Assembly (NCBI GenBank): GCA_000934665.2
Contig: KZ538966.1
Coordinates: forward strand, 1 to 38,556
Direction: 5' to 3'
Source of the DNA: Catajapyx aquilonaris
Lineage: Eukaryota
Length of the DNA stretch: 38,556 bases
Below, piece by piece: positions 33,901 to 38,556 of this stretch. Below the pieces are notes generated by a model. That model made no database searches. It was not told the origin of the DNA and saw only the letters and a list, made by a program, of their open reading frames with translations. The translations under genes were made by a program, and so were the position numbers. The stretch's first letter is position 1. Every line of letters starts with the position of its first letter.

Positions 33901-34582
33901 ACTGAAAATGCATTGATATCCCATGGTAAGGCCCTGCCTGCACTTCGAGTTATTTGTGACAGTGGTCCAAAAGTTTTGCTATGCTACAATGTCCACAAAG
34001 AAGCCCATTGGCTGCTGCATAAAACAGCATGTCCAAAATTCCCTCCGCCATTTGAAGATGATGTTGTGGTTGAAACAGGCTTCCCCATACACCCTCTGCA
34101 TTCAACAGATGATGTCCGCTGATGCAGTGCCTTCCTTGTAGAGGATCTGTATGGTGGTGCATTGTGCCCACTTGGACGAGTATCCCAGGGGGTCATGCAC
34201 AAAGTTCTCTCCTGCCCGCTACATGCGTACTGACCACTAACCACTTTTCATTACGATTAATTATACCTGTACCTACAAAGAGATACCACTAGCGCCAGCT
34301 GAGGCAAACAGCAACGGAGATATTGCCTCATGTTTCATTTGAACTACTGACATATCAAAGAAATGAAATCCACACCTGTTTCAGTGCATCCAAAACTCCA
34401 CGCAGATGAAGTCTCTCTTTCGACCCTTCACTCAACTGCTCCACTGCAAATTGTGCCAACTGGTGCACCACAGGGTCGTTAGAATTGACAGCAGTGGGTG
34501 CACCTGTCCTAAGGGATAACCCTTGCAGGAAGGGCCCTACTAAAAGAAAGACACCCAAAATGCTGATTCGTTGTAGTGCCAT
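12342..34582 (-). CDS. CTSF: Multicystatin-procathepsin F (Drosophila CG12163-like): signal peptide, 6 cystatin-like domains, I29 propeptide, C1A protease; 16 coding exons, about 1064 aa
   Basis: Exons 34376-34582, 28412-28723, 28008-28355, 25905-26125, 24211-24391, 20709-21077, 18687-18929, 18486-18623, 16820-16924, 15587-15688, 15250-15466, 14949-15191, 14607-14872, 14058-14151, [12635-12708 or 12510-12583], 12342-12416. All introns are GT-AG with consistent phases, total 3195 nt. Motifs: [11 protein letters not shown] (Cys), [11 protein letters not shown] (His), KNSWG (Asn), ERFNAQ-type propeptide. Confidence 0.93.
12510..12583 (-). CDS. CTSF: Cathepsin F exon 15b (mutually exclusive; catalytic Asn)
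   Basis: 74 nt, phase 1 in and 0 out; (K)[24 protein letters not shown]; ttgcag acceptor, gtaaca donor. Confidence 0.92.
12635..12708 (-). CDS. CTSF: Cathepsin F exon 15a (mutually exclusive; catalytic Asn)
   Basis: 74 nt, phase 1 in and 0 out; (K)[24 protein letters not shown]; ctcttacag acceptor, gtgagc donor. Confidence 0.9.
13713..13928. repeat. Near-perfect palindrome, arms about 105 bp, 1-nt spacer
   Basis: GAAATAGTAAGCACCTCAATTG...CCAAACTAT-A-ATAGTTTGG...CAATTGAGGTGCTTACTATTTC; a few mismatches and small indels; no TSD seen. Confidence 0.92.
14058..14151 (-). CDS. CTSF: Cathepsin F exon 14 (catalytic His)
   Basis: [31 protein letters not shown]; tttcag acceptor, gtacgt donor. Confidence 0.95.
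14607..14872 (-). CDS. CTSF: Cathepsin F exon 13
   Basis: (E)[16 protein letters not shown]...YPY...[14 protein letters not shown]; cgcag acceptor, gtgagg donor. Confidence 0.95.
14949..15191 (-). CDS. CTSF: Cathepsin F exon 12 (pro/mature junction, catalytic Cys)
   Basis: [11 protein letters not shown]...[38 protein letters not shown]...LLSFSEQ. Absent from the ORF track. Confidence 0.95.
15250..15466 (-). CDS. CTSF: Cathepsin F exon 11 (I29 propeptide)
   Basis: KQKRML...[12 protein letters not shown]...[20 protein letters not shown] (ERFNAQ-like, A to V)...[14 protein letters not shown]. Confidence 0.93.
15587..15688 (-). CDS. CTSF: Cathepsin F exon 10 (cystatin 6 C-terminal part)
   Basis: [34 protein letters not shown]; ctttcag acceptor, gtgaga donor. 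Confidence 0.88.
15775..16025 (+). mobile_element. Degenerate RTE-type LINE fragment
   Basis: [16 protein letters not shown] RT motif near 15781. AAGGGCAGGCCTAGGAAGACATGG (GRPRKTW) is nearly identical to the 37890-37913 region. Confidence 0.65.
16040..16417. mobile_element. PIF/Harbinger-like MITE (TAA TSD)
   Basis: TAA|AGGAGGTTTCACAAAAA...TTTTTGTGAAACCCGCT|TAA; shares CACAAAA(A)GATTTTGCGGCAGTGTCAAGCGG with 26483-26613. Confidence 0.7.
16455..16726. mobile_element. piggyBac-like palindromic MITE
   Basis: TTGA|CCTCTTTGCTAC...GTAGCGAAAGGG|TTAA; inverted arms about 85 bp. Confidence 0.75.
16820..16924 (-). CDS. CTSF: Cathepsin F exon 9 (cystatin 6 middle)
   Basis: [35 protein letters not shown], completing Q|IVQG; ttttgcag acceptor, gttggt donor. 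Confidence 0.88.
17041..17409 (-). mobile_element. tRNA-derived SINE with 17-bp TSD
   Basis: A box TGGCCGAGTCGG, B box GGTTCGAACC, A-rich 3' end; TSD ATGTCTAAGTCAGATTT at 17024-17040 and 17410-17426. Confidence 0.85.
17900..18100 (-). mobile_element. Possible highly decayed LINE reverse-transcriptase fragment
   Basis: Broken frames resembling the D.S.AF.SV and WI..FL....V RT segments; many stops and frameshifts. Confidence 0.3.
18486..18623 (-). CDS. CTSF: Cathepsin F exon 8 (cystatin 6 N-half)
   Basis: [46 protein letters not shown]; ttttag acceptor, gtaagt donor. Confidence 0.9.
18687..18929 (-). CDS. CTSF: Cathepsin F exon 7 (cystatin 5 C-half and basic linker)
   Basis: [18 protein letters not shown]...C...C..LVQPWL...[10 protein letters not shown]; ttatag acceptor, gtgagc donor. 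Confidence 0.9.
19186..19295. mobile_element. Small TA-flanked MITE
   Basis: TA|CAGTGCTGGACATATTAGCAGTCC...GGACTGCTAATATGTCCAGCACTG|TA; termini resemble 8125-8401. Confidence 0.85.
19528..20205 (-). mobile_element. Non-autonomous Helitron-like element inserted at the axis of a 45-bp inverted repeat
   Basis: Minus-strand 3' end: hairpin ACCCGGGCAACGCCGGGT, then CTAG|T. Flanks 19483-19527 and 20206-20250 are inverted copies (42/45). No canonical 5' TC is evident. Confidence 0.7.
20709..21077 (-). CDS. CTSF: Cathepsin F exon 6 (cystatin 4 C-half, cystatin 5 N-half)
   Basis: [18 protein letters not shown]...CPLD...C..ILECSWE...REERS...[10 protein letters not shown]; ggtag acceptor, gtcagt donor. 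Confidence 0.9.
21384..21723. mobile_element. pogo/Tigger-like MITE
   Basis: TA|CAGTGGAGCATCAATTATCCGAACA...TGTTCGGATAATCGATGCTCCACTG|TA, with repeated ATCCGAAC subterminal motifs. Confidence 0.88.
21740..21946 (+). mobile_element. Internally deleted SINE-like insertion ending in an (AAT)n microsatellite (21868-21946)
   Basis: A-box-like TGGTGGAGTGG; TGGTATTCCAC.CCCC shared with the 3' part of the 17041-17409 SINE; flanking ATCTAAATT duplication at 21731-21739 and 21947-21955. Confidence 0.55.
23303..23672. mobile_element. hAT (Charlie-like) MITE
   Basis: CAGTGGTTCCCAACC...GGTTGGGAACCCCTG; 8-bp TSD GTCTAAGT / GTCTAAGC. Confidence 0.88.
24211..24391 (-). CDS. CTSF: Cathepsin F exon 5 (cystatin 4 N-half)
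   Basis: (K)[37 protein letters not shown]...[10 protein letters not shown]; tgtttag acceptor, gttagt donor. Confidence 0.9.
24703..24852. repeat. Short inverted repeat, probable MITE core
   Basis: GTGCATCAACTGATGGATTATTTCGGTTTA vs TAAACCGAAATAATCCGTCAGTTGAAGCAC. Confidence 0.6.
24913..25512. mobile_element. Tc1/mariner-type MITE with ~110-bp inverted arms (contains N gap 25249-25267)
   Basis: GGTGTCCACTTAGAGGTATAATAAAAGAAAAATTCATAACTTAC... mirrored by ...TATACCTCTAAGTGGAACACCCTG (CAGGGTG-type end). Confidence 0.75.
25905..26125 (-). CDS. CTSF: Cathepsin F exon 4 (cystatin 3 C-part and linker)
   Basis: [31 protein letters not shown]...EVEQP(K); ttgcag acceptor, gtatga donor; phase 2 matches exon 5. 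Confidence 0.85.
26326..26792 (-). mobile_element. tRNA-derived SINE with 16-bp TSD, interrupted by a MITE
   Basis: Head GGGAGGTGAAGTGGCGCTAAGG (A box)...GGTTCGATCC (B box); TSD TTAAGGGCAGTATCAA at 26310-26325 and 26793-26808. Confidence 0.8.
26483..26613. mobile_element. Short PIF/Harbinger-like MITE nested in the SINE; same family as 16040-16417
   Basis: TAA|AGGCCAAAACACAAAAG...TTTGTGAAATGGCCT|TAA. Confidence 0.7.
27613..27928 (+). mobile_element. tRNA-derived SINE with V-domain-like core and (TTA)n tail
   Basis: A box TGGCGGAGTGG, B box AGTTCGATCC, core GTGGGTTTTCTCGGGGTTCTCCCGTTTCCTCCC; TSD TTAATAGTAATC at 27601-27612 and 27929-27940. Confidence 0.85.
28008..28355 (-). CDS. CTSF: Cathepsin F exon 3 (cystatin 2 C-half, cystatin 3 N-part)
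   Basis: [12 protein letters not shown]...[33 protein letters not shown]...[12 protein letters not shown]; ttacag acceptor, gtgagc donor; 56-nt upstream intron. Confidence 0.83.
28412..28723 (-). CDS. CTSF: Cathepsin F exon 2 (cystatin 1 C-half, cystatin 2 N-half)
   Basis: [11 protein letters not shown]...[11 protein letters not shown]...[12 protein letters not shown]...[10 protein letters not shown]; ttttcag acceptor, gtgagg donor. Confidence 0.9.
29456..31095 (+). mobile_element. Full-length decayed Tc1-like (DD34E) element with long (~245 bp) TIRs
   Basis: TA-flanked CTTGCCCAACACCAATGAAGTTCGCC... mirrored from about 30855. Transposase relics: [10 protein letters not shown] (start now ACG), MVWGC...G.G...GTID...[18 protein letters not shown]. 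Confidence 0.92.
31614..31980. repeat. Long inverted repeat, arms about 165 bp, spacer about 35 bp
   Basis: AAAAATAGGCAGTAAAACTGCAGAAAAC...GGGAAGAATTAGGCAGA mirrored by TCTGCCTATTTCTTCCC...GTTTTACTGCCTATTTTT. Confidence 0.9.
32604..32751. mobile_element. pogo/Tigger-like MITE remnant
   Basis: TA|CAGTAAAACTTCTATAAGTCGAA with repeated CTATAA(G/C)TCGAA motifs; same end as at 33491. Confidence 0.6.
33491..33800 (-). mobile_element. 3' end of a pogo/Tigger-like transposon
   Basis: TA|CAGTAAAACTTGTATAAGTCGAA TIR; a minus-strand peptide contains KMSITDFF, like the pogo C-terminal PIP-box motif. Confidence 0.55.
33950..34200 (-). mobile_element. Mariner transposase N-terminal relic
   Basis: [46 protein letters not shown] matches the mariner HTH pattern, with a stop codon. 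Confidence 0.6.
34376..34582 (-). CDS. CTSF: Cathepsin F exon 1 coding part (signal peptide, cystatin 1 N-half)
   Basis: [21 protein letters not shown] (hydrophobic leader) LSLRTGAP...[16 protein letters not shown]...VLDALKQ; gtgtgg donor. Confidence 0.9.
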
Positions 34583-35422
34583 CTTGTTTCCTTTCTACTG
34601 ATGGGCCAGCTGGGTTGGCAGCATTCCGAATACCGTTCAGATTGCCCAAACAAGTCCGCTGACAGGCCTCGCTGGGCCTCGTGCCTACAACAAGCGCCTG
34701 CGCACTTGCTCTCTACATTATGAGACGGCATATTTTACTCCCATATTTGTCATGTAAGTTTTATAATACAATTTACAATAATAAAATTGTCCCACCATTT
34801 TGACCAGAGTCCGCTAGATGTTGCGAGAAGCTCAGCCATTTCGTGTATAGACATTGGCGGCTGTTTTGAATTTGCTTGTCACCGTTGCACTCTGTCACTT
34901 ATTTTCAGTGGGATGCAGTGCATAAGCTGCTTTTCCCAAGAAAGCAATGAAGCGTAGAGATTGTTCCTGTTCACCCGAAACTAATAACGTACTCGTAAGT
35001 AAAGGGGAAGAAAACAGGCGGAAATAGTGTGTAGGATACTGAAAATGGGATGCATATATAATATGAATGCAACAGTTTGTGTCAGGAGTACTGCATTTCT
35101 TATTGTCATCCACTTGAAGCAGTGAATCAGTTTCTGGTCTTAGGTCAAACACAAATTGGAACTGTGACTTGCCCTGTGACTGAGACTCCCATTGTGTTCC
35201 CAAGTACCATAATACATGAACGTTCAGCATCAGAGAGCATTTTGGAAATGTTCAGGCAATGTCCTGAATGTCCAGTGTTCAAAACGAATGTTTAGTGAAC
35301 ATCATGTGAATGTTGAGTGTAGCGCTTGACATTGGATTTGTTAATTTCCACTGTTTTCTAATTGTCAAGTGAATGTGTTAAAATGGACATATACATACTG
35401 CATAGTATACAATAACTAGGTA

Positions 35423-37047
35423 CGAGGGTTGTTCAATAAATTTTGCCTCCTAGTCTGTAACTTATTAATTAATTGATGCCAATGAAAGATGTCGCATTTA
35501 AAATAAAGTTTTAAATGCCAGCTTTCCGAGGAGCAATTCATTTTTCGACATAGTCCCCACTGACGGCGATGGCGACCGACGGCGACGTCAACGTTTTTGC
35601 ATGCCGCCAGAGAAGAATGAGGCTGGCTGTTTGCTGACTGCATTGGCGACCTCTTCGTCGGACACAAAACACGTGCCCTTCAGATGTTCCTTCAGCTTCG
35701 GGAATAGCCAGAAGTTGGGGAAGGTGTGGTGGCCGAGATGGTAACGTCATGCCTTGCTGTGCGTGTGTGAGGCAACTGTAGCGTGGGTGATAGGCAAAAT
35801 ATCGCAGAACTGCATCGTCTCCAACGCATAAACTTGGGCTTGTTTCATGTCGGCAGAGGGTCATTGCAGGCATTCTCGGCATATCGCTTGGAACAGTGAA
35901 TGACATCATCAACGCCAAACTTCGGTTCAGGAAAGTGTGTTCCAGGAGGGTGCCTCATCAGCTGATAGTCGACATGAAACAAGCCCGAGTGGACGAGTTG
36001 GAGACGATGCAGTTCCGGTATGTTTTGCCTCACCCACCCTACAGTCCAAACCTATACCCCCTGTGACTTCTGGCTATTCCTGAAGCTGAAGGAACATCTG
36101 AAGGGCACACGTTTTGTGTACAACGAAGAGGTTGCCAATGCAGCCTTCAAACAACCAGCCTCATTCTTCTCTGACGGCATGCAAAAACGTTGACGTCGCC
36201 GTCGGTCACCATCGCCATCGGTGGGGACTATGTCGAAAATTGAATTGCTCCTCGGAAACAAAGGTGGGCATTAGCGCCTCTAATCAGCTAACAGCTAACA
36301 GCTGACCTAACTTTTCGTTATCTGATTAGCTGTAACTTTTTAGGCCGCTAGCTGACTAATTAGCTTCCAGTAAATTAGTGCCGCACTGCAGCTAAATAAA
36401 TTCAGCTAACAAAATTCATTTGTGTTCCTGTCTCGCTGTCTGTTACCTTTTATAGTTGCATTGTTTCCACTCCAGGCAGGGATTAAAATAGACCAGTTTT
36501 ACAGGGCTAGGTACCGGATTATAAATTCTCTGCCTACCTGGCCAAAATTTATTTTCCGATCACTTCGGTGCGCGGATTATATTATAGCTACCAGTTTTTA
36601 AATATAAATTTTGCCTTGCCTGTCTTTGTAGCCTTCTTCTGAGACAAATAAACTTTTTTCCTATTTGGATTTGTTTATTACTTTTTGTACAGAACAGTAG
36701 CCTAAATAACTAAATAAGGCGTATGTGTAGCAATGCTCTCTAGGCTTGATCAGCTTAGGTCTGTTTTTTAAGGGTCATGGAGCAAATAATAATAATGGAA
36801 GTTAGCTGTTAGCTGTTAGCATTCGCTTTAACTAATTTTCTAGCCATTTAGCATTAGCTATTTAGCAAATCCAATTTTTTGTAGTTAGCTGATCAGCTGT
36901 TAGAGAAGCTGATTTTTCGGTTAGCTGTGCCCACCTTTGCTCGGAAAGCGGGCATTTCAAACTTTATTTTGAATGTGACATCTTTCATTGTCATCAATTA
37001 ATGAATAAGTTACAGACCAGGAGGCAAAATTTATTGAACAACCCTCG
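35423..37047 (+). mobile_element. Rearranged mariner derivative with two inverted 3' ends
   Basis: TA|CGAGGGTTGTTCAATAAATTTTGCCTCC at both ends. 35423-35715 is the reverse complement of 36066-37047 minus the insertion. The core encodes RKVCSRRVPHQL and LPHPPYSPNL..CDFWLF. Confidence 0.9.
36259..36939. mobile_element. hAT-like MITE nested in the mariner derivative
   Basis: TIR CAAAGGTGGGCA...TGCCCACCTTTG; perfect TSD CTCGGAAA at 36251-36258 and 36940-36947; many (T)AGCT(A) subterminal repeats. Confidence 0.92.
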
Positions 37048-37583
37048 TATATAGGCTACATATATTGGTATATATACATGTACTTCAATCCTTTCAGCCT
37101 TAGAATAACACTGACGTCACAATGGGCAACAATAATGACTCTCACAGATAGCCAACCAACATCATTACCGCATCGTTGTCATCATTGTCATTACTGCTAT
37201 ACTGCCACCTCTAGCCTTTACCCCTTTACTGTGATAGCAAAATAAATAAAAACATCAATGCTGCCTTTTTGAAGGTTGCTACAGAAACTGGACTATTGAC
37301 AACTTTCATATTGTTTCTTAAGTTTCACACTTTGCCACAACTTACATATGCATCCTATTTCCTATGACTTATCGTCCTGCTCCCCGTTCTAGTAGTTGAT
37401 GAGGTCATGGAGAGGCAGTATAATCAAGGTAATTATGGTGTCCTGGCTGGGTATAGAAACAACTGGTTAATTATATGCTATAACCATCATAATTTCTAGT
37501 TCTGCATATGGTTTGCAATAATAATTTATAAAGTCTGGATTAGCTTATTTCTAGCTAATAAATAAGGACCTTCTGCCTGTAGG

Positions 37584-38033
37584 TTGTCTGTCTATTCTCA
37601 CGTTATTATTGTTCCTTCACTTATGTATGGTAGTGAAGCGTGGGTTTGGTCAGATAGGCATAAGAGTAGGGTGTTGGCTACAGAGATGCGTTATCTCCGG
37701 GCTGTTTGTGGGGTTACCAAGTTCGATAGGATTAGGAATGAGGAGATTTTGGAGAGGTGCAATGTTAAGGAGACTGTTAAAGATAAGGTGTGTAGGTCTA
37801 CTCTAAGGTGGTTTGGCCATGTGGAGAGGATGAAGGAGGAGGAGATTGTGAAGAAGGTTTATTTGGGTGGCGTAGTTGGTAAGAGGGGCAAGGGTAGGCC
37901 TAGGAAGACATGGTTGGACCAGGTGGGTCAGTGTCTTAAGGGTGTTGCTAGTGTTAAGCCGAGACGTTCATGTGTCAATAGGACCATGGACGTGGCTGAG
38001 GCTAGGGTTGTTTGTTTGGATAGGTTGGCGTAG
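37584..38033 (+). mobile_element. RTE-clade LINE, 3' fragment of the RT ORF
   Basis: VPSLMYGSEAW...ATEMRYLR...GVTKFDRIRNEEI...LRWFGHVERM...[14 protein letters not shown]. Confidence 0.9.
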
Positions 38034-38460
38034 GTTAATTAATGGGTAGAATATTCATGGGTTTGTGAGGAATGGCAGTGTCTGTTGAATTTTTCCGAAT
38101 GGCTATAGAATGTTTGCAGGTTGGTGGGACGTGGGAGGAGTCGGCTTCTGGAAGTTCATGCTCAGGCTCTGGGTGCTGTGCAGAACTACAAGTTTGGCAA
38201 ATATCTCTTGCACAGTAATGCATAGGTTGACACCGGTAGTCATGCTTGCAAGGGTGCCTGGCTCTCTCTCTGTCCTGCACAGCGCTTGGAGTTCGGGTAT
38301 GGATTTCTGTATGCTGGTTCTTCTCGCTGGCCTGTGGGTGTTCTGGTAGTTTGGAGAATATTATGGTCACTTGGAGGAATTTAACAGTTGCTGATTCCTC
38401 TTCCAGGGGGGGATTTCTTAAGTACCGCGTTCCATAGTCGTGTAATATTTATATTTAATA

Positions 38461-38556
38461 CTAGCAGGATACCCGGCGTTGCTCGGGGTATGAAAGACTT
38501 TTCCATGTAGGTGTAAGTACATGACACAGTACGTAGAGGAAAAGGTATGGCACTGG
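38461..38556 (-). mobile_element. Helitron-like 3' end, same family as 19528; runs off the right edge
   Basis: A|CTAGCAGGATACCCGGCGTTGCTCGGGGT (CTAG plus hairpin). Confidence 0.65.

Noticed and set aside
34583..34900. Cathepsin F promoter motifs (CLEAR/E-box, Inr)
   Set aside because: The region is CpG-richer and probably contains the 5' UTR and promoter, but I found no convincing GTCACGTGAC, TATA or Inr match.
38035..38437. ORFs of 63-111 aa on both strands
   Set aside because: No recognisable domain or splice context; probably a decayed repeat.

Overview
Eukaryotic, almost certainly arthropod, genomic DNA with two convergent intron-containing genes in transposon-rich sequence. (1) Plus strand, 2980-5488: the last four coding exons of a BARD1-like gene (end of the ankyrin region plus tandem BRCT). 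The upstream intron holds a 5'-truncated but stop-free Ty3/Gypsy pol fragment and a probable repeat-bearing 3' LTR. (2) Minus strand, 34582-12342: a complete multicystatin-procathepsin F gene. I reconstructed it by hand from GT-AG boundaries as 16 coding exons in consistent phase (3195 nt, 1064 aa): signal peptide, six cystatin-like domains, I29 propeptide and a papain-family C1A domain with intact Cys/His/Asn. The most striking feature is a pair of 74-nt paralogous exons (12635-12708 and 12510-12583), each encoding the catalytic-Asn segment. They are 51 nt apart and must be mutually exclusive. Introns and intergenic DNA carry mariner, Tc1 and pogo relics, hAT/P-, piggyBac- and PIF-like MITEs (several nested), Helitron ends, tRNA-derived SINEs with target-site duplications (TSDs), RTE fragments and long palindromes without TSDs. 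All family assignments come from motif recognition; no database searches were run.
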